NCBI RefSeq assembly: GCF_020745735.1
Contig: NC_083446.1
Location: forward strand, 20,810,068 to 20,874,067
DNA from: Hemiscyllium ocellatum
Lineage: Eukaryota
Reading direction: 5' to 3'
Length of the DNA stretch: 64,000 bases
Position numbers and translations under genes: made by a program. Shown here one piece after another: positions 48,611 through 62,458 of the stretch. The stretch's first letter is position 1. Each line of letters opens with the position of its first letter. Under the pieces are notes generated by a model that worked only from the letters and a program-made list of their open reading frames with translations, was not told where the DNA came from and ran no database searches.

Positions 48611-51500
48611 TTCTTCGTTGGGCAGGGTATTCCATATAATAGCATTCGTCTGGGTGAAGAAAGTCCTTCAGAACTCAGTCCTAAATATGTCCCCTCTAAT
48701 CCTGAGTCTATGCCCACTTGTCCGAGTTTCACGCGCAAGTGGAAGCATCCTTTCTATTTCTATCTGATCTATTCCGTTCAAAGTTTTAGAATTCAGTCAG
48801 ATTTCCACACACCCCCTCCCCGTCATTCTTTTAAATTTCAAACAAAACAATCCTAACCTACGCAGTCTCTCTTCATTCGCCAAACCCCTCAACTCCAGAA
48901 TCAACCGAGTGAACCTTTTCTGCAACCCCCACCCCGCCCAGTGCCAGTACATTCGTTCTCAAGTGAGGGGAATAAAAGTACAAACAATACACCAAGGATA
49001 ACCTCACCAGCACCTTGTACAGCTGCAACGTAACATCTCTGATTGAACCTTCATAAACCTATGTTACATCTGTTCGATTTCTATCGAGATTCCCTGCTAT
49101 TTATTCCTTGATATAGGCTCAACCATCTATCCGACTGAGAATTTAAGCTATACTGATCATTAATTCCCAATCTTTTATCAACCTCGTTTTTAAACAGGGG
49201 TATCACACCAGCTGTATTCCAATCTGCTGGGATTGCCAGGCAGTCTAGTGAATTTGAAAATTGCCACGAGTGCACTTGCAGTTTCTCCCGCCATCTCCTT
49301 TAATACCCTGAGATGCATTCCCTCACGGCCAGGAGACTTGTCCATCCTCAGCTCCATTAGCTTGCCTGAGACTGCCGCTTCCGTAATAATGCTAGTTTCC
49401 AGGTCCTCACTTACATGTATCTCTTTGCCACTTACTGACATGTTATTAGTATCTTCCACTGTGAAGACTGACACAAAATACCTGTTCAATGCCTGGACCA
49501 TTTCTTCACATCGCACAACTAAATGCCCTTCTCATCATCGAAAGGACCAACCTTTACGTTAGCCACTCTCGTTTTCGTTTTATATTTTTATAGAAACTTT
49601 TACTATCCATCTTTGTATTCTGTAGTCGTTTTTTTTCCTTCATATTTATCTTTAAAGCCTTCCCAATCTTCCAGTTTCATGCTGTCACTTGGTCACTTGG
49701 TATGCCTTCTCTTTCACTTTGATAGCCTCCCTCATTTTCCCATTATAATCAATAATCCCATTATAAAGTAGCTTTGTGAGCAGAGATCCATAATATTTTT
49801 GCAGGACATATTAGGTTTGTGTTGAGATCATGAGATGGAGGAGGCGAATGAGACCATTTGGCTGATCTGATAATATTCGACTCTACTTTCCTGCCTTTTC
49901 CTCAAAGCCTTTGTTTCCCTGATTAATTAAAATCTGCAGGAGGTTCCAGGAATGGCAAATTGAGTTTAATCTGGACAAGTGTGAGATGATGTCAAATTCA
50001 TGAAGAAAGTTGGCATACTGAGGGATATTGATATACAGAAGGATCTTGGTGCAAGTCAGTAACTCCCAGAAAATGGCAATATAAGTGTTTCAGATGGCAA
50101 AGGAAGCAAATCGAACACTTGTCTCCATCAGTCATAAGGATGAGTATAGTGATTTGCATATGATGTTGCACTTATATAAAATGTTTGGTTGGTCACATTT
50201 GGAGTACTGTGCACAGTTCTCATCTCCACACAATAGGAAGGAGGCTGAGTCTTTGGAGAGGATGAAAAAGAGGTTTATCAGCACGTTGCCTGTGTTAGGG
50301 TTTGTTAAGGGTGTGTTAGGTGTAAGAGGAAGTTAAACAAAGTTAGATTGTTTTGTGTCAGTGTCAGAGGCTGACAGGTGACCAGGTACAGGAATATAAC
50401 ATTTGGAACAGGGATAGATAATGTAGAAAGTCAGAATCTCTTTTCCAATGTGTAAGTTTCAAATACTAGAGCGCATAGGTTAAAGGTGAGAAAGAAGAAA
50501 TTTAAACGAGATGTGTGAGGCAGGTTTTTTTTTTCATGAAGAGTGGATGTTACCGAGGGAGCTCGTAGATGCAGAAGTGTGAGTAAAGTTTTGAAGTGGG
50601 ATTTAGACAAACATGAATAGGCAGAGAATAGACTGATATGGACCATGTGCAGACAGATGGTATTAGTTAGAATAGTATCTTGGACAGCATAGACGTGGTG
50701 TTCCGAAGGGCCTGTTGCTGTGTTCTACTGTTCGATTTTGTAACTTCCCAGCATCTGATCGATCAGAGAACCCAGAATCTTGGATGCTTCATTCCATTTC
50801 TCTCTCATTATCTAAACTTCAATGGGTTCAACCTCAACCTACTCCACCTTTTCTCATTGGAAAATCACTCCATTCCCAGGATCAGCCGAGTGAACCTTCT
50901 CTGACCTGCCTCCAATGGGACAATATATTTCCTTCGGACATTCACACTGTTCATAATATTCGAGGTGTGGTCTGACTTGTACCTTGAATAGTTTTAGGTA
51001 GACCTGCCTATTTTTAGACTCCATTCTCTCTCTAATAAATGCCAGCATTTGATTTGCCTTCTCTGTTTTCTGCTGACCCTGTAAACTATCTATTTCAGAC
51101 TGATAAACAAGAACTCCCTCAACCCTTTCTGCTGTCAGTCTGAAATCAAATAGTGTTAGCCTGACAGTAAGTCGGGAGCTTACTGAAATTGTTAAAAATA
51201 TATGTCAATATACAATAACTGGCCACTTAGAAACACATTTGATAAAAGTGAATTTGTTTTTGAGCCTATTGGATTTAATTTGTTGGTGTGAATATAAATG
51301 GCAGAATTGTAAGTGTGGAGGAGGGGTGTAGTGGTATGGGGGTTATGGAGTATTTGAATTATCAGAAGCCTTTACACAAGTTTAAATAAGGGCTAAAAGG
51401 TAACTTGGTAGAGAATAGGGTCCCTTAAAGATCAATAAGATCACCCAAGTGTGGAACCAGAGGAGACGGGTGAGATATTAGACAAAATAATCTTGTCAGT
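48611..51500. mobile_element. Mixed-orientation CR1 fragments
   Basis: ORFs such as MDKSPGREGMHLRVLKEMA, LYKMFGWSHLEYCAQF and LFKVQVRPHLEYYEQ. Confidence 0.78.
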
Positions 51501-51504
51501 ATTT

Positions 51505-52850
51505 AGAACATAGAACATAGAACAATACAGCACAGAACAGGCCCTTCGGCCCATGATGTTGTGCCGAACATCTATCCTAGATTAAGCACCCATTCATGTA
51601 CCTATCCATTTGCCGCTTAAAGGTCGTCAATGATTCTGACTCTACCACTCCCACGGGCAGCGCATTCCATGCCCCCACCACTCTCTGGGAAAAGAACCCA
51701 CCCCTGACATCTCCCCTATACCTTCCACCCTTCACCTTAAATTGATGTCCCCTTGTAATACTCAGTTGTACGCGGGGAAAAAGTTTCTGACTGTACTCTA
51801 TCTATTCCTCTGATCATCTTATAAACCTCTATCAAGTCACCCCTCATCCTTCGCCGTTCCAACGAGAAAAGGCCGAGAACTCTTAACCTGTGCTCTTACG
51901 TCCCATTCTCCATTCCAGGCAACATCCTGGTAAATCTTCTCTGTACCCTCTCCAAAGCTTCCACATCTTTCCTAAAGTGAGGCAACCAGAACTGCACACA
52001 GTACTCCAAATGTGGCCTAACCAAAGTCCTGTACAGCTGCAACATCACTTCACGACTCTTGAATTCAATCCCTCTGCTAATGAACGCTAATACACCATAG
52101 GCCTTCTTACAAGCTCTATCCACCTGAGTGGCAACTTTCAAAGATCTATGTACATAGACCCCAAGATCCCTCTGTTCCTCCACCTGACTAAGAGCTCTAC
52201 CGTGAACCCTGTATTCCGCATTCTTATTTGTTCTTCCAAAATGGACAACCTCACACTTGGCAGGGTTGAACTCCATCTGCCACTCCTCAGCCCAGTTCTG
52301 CATCATATCTAAGTCCCTTTGCAAACGACAACAGTCCTCCTCACTGTCCACAACTCCACCAATCTTCGTGTCATCTGCAAATTTACTGACCCACCCTTCG
52401 ACTCCCTCATCCAAGTCATTAATAAAAATTACAAACAGCAGAGGAACCAGAACTGATCCCTGCTGAACTCCACTTGTAACTGGGCTCCAAGCTGAATACT
52501 TACCATCTACCACCACTCTCTGACTTCGACCGGTTAGCCAGTTTTCAATCCAATTGGCCAAGTTTCCCTCTATCCCAAGCCTCCTGACTTTCCGCATGAG
52601 CCTACCATGGGGAACCTTATCAAATGCCTTACTAAAATCCATGTACACTACATCCACTGCTCTACCCTCATCCACATGCTTGGTCACCTCCTCAAAGAAT
52701 TCAATAAGACTTGTAAGGCAAGACCTACCCTTCACAAATCCGTGCTGGCTGTCCCTAATCAAGCAGTGTCTTTCCAGATACTCATAAATACTATCCCTCA
52801 GTACACTTTCCATTACTTTGCCTACCACAGATGTAAGACTAACTGGCCTG
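51505..52850 (-). mobile_element. Young 5'-truncated CR1/HER1 LINE with a 310-aa open RT frame
   Basis: ORF 51896-52828 contains QHGFVKGRSCLT, YMDFSKAFDKV, GVQQGSVL, FADDTK and LVRPHLEYCVQFW. The (TTCTATG)n tail is at 51505-51525. Confidence 0.93.
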
Positions 52851-53021
52851 GTCTTTTACCGTGGCAAAAGACATGGAAACTAGGGAACTTGGGATATTAA
52901 ATAGTGATGACTCGCCAGAGAAAGGAAAGTGCTGGAAACGTAAAACAAATCAAGGTATCTCAGTAGCTCATTAGGTCGATCCTGGCATATTATGGGAAGC
53001 TAGGACAGAGATTGCAGTATC

Positions 53022-53023
<2 letters not shown>

Positions 53024-53106
<83 letters not shown>
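53024..53106. repeat. Compound microsatellite (GT)26-AGAG-(AT)n
   Basis: The GT run spans 53024-53075 and the AT run 53080-53106. Confidence 0.97.
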
Positions 53107-53109
53107 AAT

Positions 53110-56100
53110 CAACAGACACAGTAAGATGTTGGAAGACTGGAGGTTGGCTAATGCTGATCCATAGCTTAAGGGCTGCAGGGAAAAGACAGGGAATTACAGC
53201 CTAGTGACACCAGTGATGGGGAAGTTGTTGGAGGAGATTCTGAGACAAAGGAGCTCCTTACATTTACAAAGGCAAGGGCTGATTCGAGATGGTGAGCATG
53301 GCTTTGTGAGTGGAAAACCATGTTTCACAAACCGGATTGACTCTTCGGTGGGTGGGGGGGGGGGGGGGGGGGGGCGAGGGTGTCCAAAGATAGATGAAGG
53401 CAGAGCAGTCAACATTGTCGACATGGACTTTAGCATCTAGTCAAGAGGAAGAAGGAAGCTTAGTTAAGGTTGAGGAAGCACGGATCAGACAGGGGTGCAG
53501 AGAGTTACATTGTATGGCACGGTGTCTCAGTAGTTACCAGTGCTCCCTCATAGCACCACGGACTATAGCCTCAGGTGACTGTCTGTGGGGAGTTTGCATA
53601 TGTTCCCCGTGTCTGCGTGGGTTTCCTCCAGGCGCTCCAGTTTACACCCACCGTCCAAAGATGTGCAGATTAGGTGACTCAGCCATGATAAATTACCCAT
53701 AGTGTTCAGGGATATGTAGCCAAGGCAAATGGAGTGTAATAAGTTGGGGGAATGGGTCTAGGTTGGATCCTGTTTGGAGGGTTGATATGGAGTTGTTGGG
53801 TCACATGGCCTGTTTCCACACTGTAGGGATTCTCTGAAGGTACTAGGAGCGAACCGAGGAATAGACTCAGGGCAACTAGAAGGTGACATGATAAAAAAGC
53901 ATTGTTGGGAAGGATTAAGGAAAAATGTGAGGCATTCTCCTCTTTGCGAGGAACAAGAGGATGGACAGAGTGAGAATAAGGCCAATCTGGGATAGTGGAA
54001 GGAACTTGTGCCTGGAGTTACAGGAGGTAGGGGATGTCCTTAATGAATACTCTGCCTCAGTATTCACTGCTGAGAAGGGTCTTGTCGTTTGTGTGGACAG
54101 CGTGAAACAGACTGATGTACGTGAACATGTGGATGTTCAGAAGGAGGATGAGCTGAGAATTTTGTAAAAGATAAGGATACATAAGTAGTTGAACCAGACT
54201 AGTTGGGTCCAAAGTTACTACAGGATGGGAGGGAATTGTTTGCTGCGCACCTGGTGATGACCTTTGCACTCTCACGGAGGCATGGAATGCAGGGAAACCT
54301 GTCTATCTGGATACGGGATTACTGACCCACTGAAGACTGAGGGTGATGATAGATAGAAATAATTCATTCTGGAGCTCAGTGACCAGTGGTTCTCTGCAGG
54401 GAGTGGTTACAGGACCTCTGCTGTTTGTGAGTCTATGAATAAGTTGCATGTGGGAGTGGAAGAGTTGATTAGTACGTTTGCCAATGACACGAAATTTGGT
54501 GGAGTGGTTGATAGTGTGAAGGGCTGTTGTAGGTTGCAACGGGACAATGACAGGATGCAGGGCTGGGCTAAGAAATGGCAGATGGAGTTCAATCTGGAAA
54601 AGTGTGAAATCATTCATTTTAAAGATTGAATTTGAATGCAGAATACAGGATTAAAAGCAGGATCTTTGGCAGTGTGGAGGAACAGAGGGATCTTGGGGTC
54701 CAAGTCCATAGATCCCTCAAAGTAGCCAACCAAGCTGATCGGCTTGTTCAGAAGGAATATATTGTTTGGATTTCATGAGTTTGGGGGTTGAGTTTTAAAG
54801 CCATGAGGTTATGCTGCAGTTCCATAGAACGGTGGTGAGACCCCACTTGGAATATTGTGTTCAGTTCTTATATATTCATGACAGGAAGGATTTGGAAGCT
54901 TTAGAGACGGTAATGAGGAGATTTACCAGAATGCTGCCTGGACTGGAGAGCATGTCTTATGAAGAAAGATTGAGGGAGCTCAGGCTTTTCTCATTGGAGT
55001 GAATAAGTGTGAGGGGCGACCTTGTAGAAGTGAACAAGGTGGTGAGAGGCATAGATAGAGAGAGGTGTTTTCTTAACCATGGCATAAATAGCTATTATAA
55101 TGGTTTATAATTTTCGGATGATTAGCGGATGGTTAAGGGGACATTTCAGAGGTAGGTTCGTTACATACAGAGTGGGGGCTGAGTGGAATGCACTGCTAGT
55201 GGTGGCCGTAAAATTAGATGTGTTAGGGAGATTTAATATACTTCTGGATAGGCATACGGATGACAATAAAATAAAAGATATGGAAGTTAAAGTCATAGAG
55301 ATGTACGGCATGGAAACAGACCCTTCAGTCCAACTCCTCCATACTGACCACATATCCCAACCCAATCTAGCCCCACCTGACAGCACACGGTCTATATCCC
55401 TTCCAAACACTTCCTATTCATATACCCATCCAAATGCCTCTTAAATTTTGCAATTTTACCAGTCTCCACCACTTCCTCTGGCAGCTCATTCCATACATGC
55501 ACTACCCTCTGTGTGAAAACGTTGCTTCTTAGGTGTCTTTTATATCTTTTGCCTGTCACCCTAAACCTATGCCCTCTAGTTCTGGACTCCACAACCCCAG
55601 GGAAAAGGCTTTGCCGAATTACTCTATCCACGCCTCTCATAATTTTGTAAACCTCTATAAGGTCATCCCTCAGCCTCCGACGCTCCAAGGAAAATAGGCT
55701 CAGCTTGTTCAGCCTTTCCATATAGCTTAAATACTCCAACCCGGGTAACATCCTTGTAAATCTTTTCTGAAACCTTTGAAGTTTCCCAACATCTTTCCAA
55801 TAGTAAGGAGAACAGAATTGCACACAATATTCCAACAGTAGCCTAAACAATGTGCTGTACAGTCGCAATACTCTGACCAATAAACGAAAGCATACCAAAC
55901 GCCTTCTTCACTATCCTATCTACCTGCGACGTCACCTGCTGCACCCCAAGGTCTCTTTGTTCAGCAACACTCCCTCGGACATTACCATTAAGTGCATAAG
56001 TCCTGCTAAGAGTTGCTTGCCCAAAATGCAGCACCTCACATTTATCTGAATTAAACTCTATCTGGCACTTTTTTTTAATCTTACAGTCGGATAAAAGTTT

Positions 56101-56760
56101 GGCATCTCATCATGGCCGAAGGGTCTTGATCTGTACTATTCTGTGTTCTATGTGTAGTATAGTAAACTGGGTAATAAGCTCAGATCAGTGTTAAAGGACA
56201 TGACGTTCAGGAGGAGCTCGTCAACTGGATATAAAATTGGGCTTGAAATAAGGAGACAGAGGGTCTTGGGAGACATGTTGTTTTCCTGACTAGAGACATG
56301 TGACCAGTGGTGTAGTATGTTCACTGTGGTTTGTCGTTTGGATAAATGATTTGGAAGGGAGTATTGGTTTCCTGGTAAGTAAGGTTTTTGTGTGACACTG
56401 GAATTGGTGGTAAAGTGGGCATTGAAGAAGGCTATCTACGATACAACAGGATGAACAGTCCTGCTGGGATAGTGGGCTGAAGAATAGCAGATGGAGTTTA
56501 ATTAGACAAACGTGAAGTGTTCCATTTTGGTGAATCAAACCAGGTTGGGACTTGTACAGTTAATGTTCGGGCCCTGAGTAGTGTTGTCAGTCAGAAACCC
56601 AGCGATGCAGATACACAGTTCTTTGAAAGTGTTGTCACAGTTAGACAGGCTGGTGAATCAGGCATTTGGGATGGTTACCTTCATTGGACAGAGCAGTGAC
56701 AGTAGGAGTTGGGATGTCATATCGTGGTTGACATTGGTGAAGCCACCATAAAAACATTGT
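53110..56760. mobile_element. CR1 fragments in both orientations
   Basis: FANDTKFGGVVDS and FHRTVVRPHLEYCVQF on plus; LFRLLLEYCVQFCSPYY..FTQRVVHVWNELP on minus at 55392-55898. Confidence 0.85.
53515..53830 (+). mobile_element. HE1-like SINE
   Basis: ggcacggtgtctcagtagttaccagtgct head followed by ggagtttgcatatgttccccgtgtctgcgtgggtttcc. Confidence 0.78.
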
Positions 56761-58443
56761 TGATCAGTTAGAAGAACTCATCTGGTTCACTTACCTGCTT
56801 TAGGGAAGGACAACTGGCATTCTGACCTGGTCTGGCTAACATGTGCCTCCAGACCCACTGCAATATGGCTGACTCTGAGTTGTCCTCTGCATAATTAGCA
56901 GTAACACCCACATCTCATGAATGAATAAATAAAAAGACATACGTCCCTCCCAACCTCTGCAAACACCTCCAGCTGCAGCAATTCGAACTGGCTTTGTAAC
57001 ATCATTCAGGCCCGGACCACTCTCTGCAACACTTTTAACACCTCCAGCACCTTCACTTCTCCCTGTTCATGTCGTGTCATTAAACCCTGACAATGATTCC
57101 CTTTCGCACTGCCCTCCTCCTGCTATCAGACCCTTTGCAATCCATTTAAAATTTACTCTTCAAACAAACTCTCGCTTCAGGATTTTAAGTACTTTGTGGT
57201 GATCCTCTCAGCCTGATAATCCAATATGATCCATTTTGTCCTGAGTGAGGGGCCGGTGGGAAATTCTTGCTGAGGTTTGTCTGTTTCAATTAAATATCTT
57301 TTTTTTGAGTGATTTACACTGTTCTTTCAAATGTTCTCCACTGTTCGTTTACAGGCACATATTTCAGTCTGTTTCACGTCTTTACCTTGTTCAGTTCTCA
57401 TCTCAAACACATCTAATTGGCTGTTTTTGTTTCTAGTTTAGGTTTTCCTTTCTGTGATTCACTTTAAAACTTTCTATTTCTATAAACTGACACTTTATCA
57501 CAATTTCCCAGAGGACCGCTACAGGTGACATTACTCATTCATCACACAACGATCACTTTGAGGTAGTTACATCCCTAGACAGTTGCACAATATGTTATTC
57601 AAAGGAACACTGAAAAAAATTCTCTGAACTCCTCTTCCAATGTCACTCTTGTCAGTGTGACTATCCTAGATTATGTGAATATTGAAGTTTCCCAAAATTA
57701 TTACTATATGTTCGTTAAGAAATTCAAATGAGTGCCTTTTTAATGCAACGATGTGCAAAGAAATGCTGTTCAGTGACTAAAACCGTTCGGCTGCTTGTGT
57801 CCTTGGCAAGTAGTAGCCAAAATTTACATTCAGACTGACTCTACGTAATGATCTGAGATCAAATTTTTTCGCTGTAATGCCTTTGTTATCCATTCTTGTT
57901 AGCGTTACCCATTTTGCCTGAGTTTGCACAAGGTTGTGATCCATTGAATATTTATGTACATCTTTTGTTCGCCCTGTTACCATGTCTCTCTGGTGTCTAA
58001 ATCTCTTTTATCTCTGTGTCATAAATGAATCTACCTTATTGAAGAGACATTATCCATTCCAAAAAATGTTCTGTACTCTTTCCCACAATTTCCTATCATA
58101 AACCTATTCCCTAATGTACAGTTTTCGTTAAAATTTGTCCCATCATGTTCCTTTATGTTGATTTTCAGCCACCTTCCATGTTGTTCCGATGAATCACCTT
58201 TTCTCTTTGGATTTGGAAAGCTCCTTTCACCTGAACCCTGTCCCTGCATCCTCTTTGTCAGTTTAAAGCCCTAGCCATAAACGTACCGACATGATTGGCC
58301 AGGACACTGCTCCCAGCACAGTTCCAGTGGGACCATCCTAATGGATTATTCTTTTTAAAACAGGTATGTGGGTGTCACTGGCTTACCAGTCTTTCTTGCC
58401 CAGCCCTTGAACTGAGTAACTTGCTTGGCCCTTTCAGAGGGTC

Positions 58444-58695
58444 TTTATTAGAGTGCTGCTGGAAAAGCGCAGCAGTTCAGGCAGCATCCGAGGAGCAGTA
58501 AAATCGACGTTTCGGGCAAAAGCTCTTCATTCGGAATACAGGCAGAAAGCATGAATGGTGTATTCCTGATGAAGGACTTTTACCCGAAACGTCGATTTTA
58601 CTGCTCCTCTATTGCTGCCTGAACTGCTGTGCTTTTCCAGCACCACTCTAATCTAGACTCTGGTTTCCAGCATCTGCAGTCATTGTTTTTACCAA
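58444..58695. mobile_element. 252-bp fold-back mini-element of two head-to-head hammerhead-type termini, with 12-bp TSD
   Basis: Arms 58447-58540 and 58559-58652 are near-exact inverted repeats. TTTCAGAGGGTC occurs at 58432-58443 and 58696-58707. The element is inserted in a SacSINE-like copy. Confidence 0.88.
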
Positions 58696-58989
58696 TTTCA
58701 GAGGGTCATTTAGAGGCTGTGACTATGTCGTACAGCCCACGTGAGGATGGGCGGATGTCCTTATCTAAAGTGTTTGGGATCTTTGTCCATCAGCAATGGT
58801 TTCAGACTTATTTATGGATTGTTAATTATTATATTAAAGTTATTGATTTCAAATTCCACCATTTCTGATGGTAGGTATCAAAACTGCCACCCCTGTATAT
58901 GAGCTGAGTTTTGGGATATATGCTCCAGCAATAATACCACGAGGGCACCACTTCGCCTGCTTACAGGTTGCTCATCCCTGAATACTGAT

Positions 58990-59425
58990 ATCATGCATCA
59001 TGAAGGTAAACCCATTCTTCCAACATGATTATGTGATCCTGAAGTCTTCCATTACTCTGGTGATATCACTCAGTCTGTCTTCATGTGGTATCCTTCACTG
59101 TGTGAGTCTAACTGCTGTCTCTGTAAGCGCCTCTCTCTCTTGCAGTTACTCTAGATCCACAGTCAACAGAACTCTCCACTCCAGAGAGACGCAGCAACAT
59201 AGGGCAGGGATGGAGTTTGGGATTTTCCAAATATCAGTCGGACTCAGTGCCATTCTCCATGTGTAATCCTCACTGCACCAGTCTAATTTCTCATTCTGTC
59301 TATTCCTCTGTCTCCTGCAGGTACTCAGGAAGCTTATGACTCAATAGATTTCTCAACTGCTGGGTGGCTCATCCGTCACCACAGTGAAGATGGTTGGTTA
59401 GCCGAAGAGACAAAGGGATGGGAGA
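58990..59425. repeat. Paralogous ~400-bp segment, copy B, with a leader-like ORF and RSS-like motif
   Basis: Colinear with 28400-28800. It has ATG 59210 MEFGIFQISVGLSAILH, a strong acceptor ttcctctgtctcctgcag at 59320, and CACAGTG (59380-59386) + 23 nt + ACAAAGGGA. Confidence 0.75.
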
Positions 59426-60406
59426 TGTGGAGCATTCAATAAATCCTGCTGTGAGGTTAGATCACTCGCAGTGCACGGAGCAGAGAGCAATGAGAGGGCT
59501 CCAAACATCGACGAACAGTACATGACACAAAAACATTGCTGGAGGGAAGCACAGCACAGACACACCCCAGGCTCAATCACTACGTCTACTTTAACTTACA
59601 TTGTACTGAGACAACAGCGGGAGTTCAGAGTTATCAATCCAAGCCTGTGCTTTCTTAGTGAGCATCAGGACAACAGAGGGGAAAGCAGGCCTCCGACGAG
59701 AGGTTTGGAAACGTGCCTGGGATCTGCCTGTTCTGTGTTCTCCCTCCAACACTGTACTAAGACTCACTACTGTGCAACAGTGTATCTATGGCACGGCTTA
59801 TGCACCAATGTCATCAATGATTTGTAATTCGTATAACAGTTCCTATCGCTGTTACCTCCTGCCTACCTGATACTGCCTCCACATATTTAAAATGTACTGC
59901 ATTACAGATTAACATCCCTGTCGCTGTAAATAATTTAGTGTCTATAAAATGTTTTATTTTGGTAGTCTAATCCTCTTTAAGTGGATACAGAAACATACAG
60001 CATGGGAACAGAACCTGTGTTCCAACTTTTGAATGCTGCCCATGTTTTCTATACTGAACGAATCTCATTTGTCTGCGTTTGACCCTTATCTCTTCAAAAC
60101 TTCTCCTCTCCATATACCTCTCCATATACCTGCACAAATGTCTTTTCTATGTTGTAATTGTTCTTGTTTCTCCCACGTGCCCCTGGCAGTCCGTTCCACC
60201 TATGAACCATCCTCTGTGGATAATATTTACCCTCAGCTCCCTCTTTAAATCTTTGCTCTCTCACCTCCCATTAATACCTTCTAGTTTTGGACACACTTAC
60301 CCTTGGCTATTCATCATTCTTAGGCTCTGCACGGTTTTGTAAGGTCTCCTTGTAGTCTCCTCTGCCCAAGGCAAATAGTTAGGACAAAGTTACAAATTTC
60401 TCCAAC

Positions 60407-60562
60407 NNNNNNNNNNNNNNNNNNNNNNNNNNNNNNNNNNNNNNNNNNNNNNNNNNNNNNNNNNNNNNNNNNNNNNNNNNNNNNNNNNNNNNNNNNNNNN
60501 NNNNNNNNNNNNNNNNNNNNNNNNNNNNNNNNNNNNNNNNNNNNNNNNNNNNNNNNNNNNNN
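60407..60562. other. Assembly gap (156 N)
   Basis: A run of N characters. Confidence 0.99.
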
Positions 60563-62458
60563 ACCCTGGCCAGAGCCCTCCCATTAACTGTGTTAGTCCT
60601 CCATGGTTTGTCTTAACAACTCCAACACCTGAAGTAAACTCCATCTTTCATTCCTTGGTACACTGGCCCAATTGGTCAGCATCCCCTTTGATAACTGTAT
60701 TCACTGCCCACTACACCATTAATTTGATCATCTACAAACTTACTAACAATGACTGCAATGTTCTAATCCAAATCGTTTATGAAGATGATGCACATCAGTG
60801 ATCCCAGCCCTGATCCTTGTAGTACACCACTAGTCACAGACTTCCATTCTGAACAACAATCCTCTCCCACCACACTCTGTCCCCTCCTGTCAATCCAATT
60901 TTGTATCCAGTTGGCGAGCTCTCCCTGATCCCATGAGATCCCACCTTACGAACCAGTATATCATTCTAAACACTGTAAAAGGCCCTCCTGACGGTCGTGC
61001 AGTAATAGATGGTCACCACTTCAACAAACGCAATCAAGGTAGAGACCTGACTTTGAACGCACAAAGCCGTGCTGACTATCTTTCATCAATCCTTGCTTTT
61101 CCAAATGAATGTGACTCCTCTCTGGCAGAATCACTTCCTCACTTACCCACCACCGACATACGGCTCATTGGTCTTTAGTTCCCTGACTTTCCATCGCAGC
61201 TTTTCTTAAATAATGGGATAAAACTATATTCTTGTCATTGTTGTACAGCATGGAAACAGACCCTTCAGTTGATACCAACCATAATCTAAAACTAAACGCA
61301 TCCCAGCTGCGTGTTTCTGGTCCATATCCCTCTAACCCTTCCCTATTCCCGTGCTTATCAAAATGTATTTTAAACATTGTAATTGTACTGACATCCACTC
61401 CTTCCTCAGGAATTTCATTCCACACTCATACTACCCTCTGTGCAACAATTTGCTCTGCATGTCTTCCTTTTGAACATCCCTCTCCCCTAACCTAAAAAAA
61501 CGTTGCCCATCCTCTTGAGACTCCCCCCATCCTGCGGAAACGGCAACTTCCATTAACTCTATCTACATCCATCATTTCTTTCTTCCATTATCTCAATAAG
61601 GTCACCTCTCAACCTCCAGGAACCAGTGTAAAAGGTCTATACAGCCATTTTCCAGAACTCAAGCATTCCATATACAACGACGTCCTGGTAAATCTCTCCT
61701 GAACCCCCTGCAGCTTAATGATATCCTCCCTACAACAGGGCGACCAGAACTGGACACAGTACTGCAGAAGAGGCCTCACCAATGTCTGTACAATCTCAAT
61801 GTGACGTCCCAAATCCTACACTAAATAGACTGAGAAATAGTCAGGCATGCCAAGCACTGCCTTATCCATCCTGTGATGCAAGCTTTAGGAATTATGCACC
61901 TGAACCCAGAGGTCCATCTGCTCTAAAACACTAACCGAGGCCCGAACATTAATTATATAAGCTCTACCCTTGTTTGTTTTACCAAATGCATTACCTCGCC
62001 TTTGTTCAGATCGAATTCTATCTGCAGTTCTTTAGCCATTCCACTATATCATCAAGATCCCTTTGTAATCTTAGCAAACCTCCTTCACAGTCCACTATTC
62101 CACCCTCCAGTCTTCCAACACATCACACATGGCTGTCAACGGTACAAATGCCTTTTTTCGGGGCTCCAACATTTCTTCCCTAGCATCCCACCATATCCTA
62201 TGATACACTTAATGAGGTCCTGGGGCTTCCCATAGCTTTGCGGTTTAAAGCCTCCAGCACCATCTCTTCTATAAGATGCACTCTTTTCAAGCCATAGAGA
62301 TGTACAGCATGGAATCAGACCCTTTGATCCAACTCAACCACGCTGACCAGAAGATCTAAATAAATCCATCCAATTAACCAGCATTTGGCCCATGTCCCTC
62401 TAAACCATGACAATTCATAATCCCATCCTGATACCTTTTAAATGTTGGAAAATATGTT

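Noticed and set aside
53354-53374. G21 run giving a poly-Gly/poly-Pro ORF
   Set aside because: It is a homopolymer inside a dead CR1 fragment, either a slippage expansion or a sequencing artefact, and is not a protein feature.
60390-60644. ORF containing a run of X
   Set aside because: It is an artefact of the N gap.
60993-61022. Minus-strand EVVTIYYCTT resembling a VH FR3 end
   Set aside because: It is embedded in colinear CR1 RT sequence, with no upstream V framework and no RSS.
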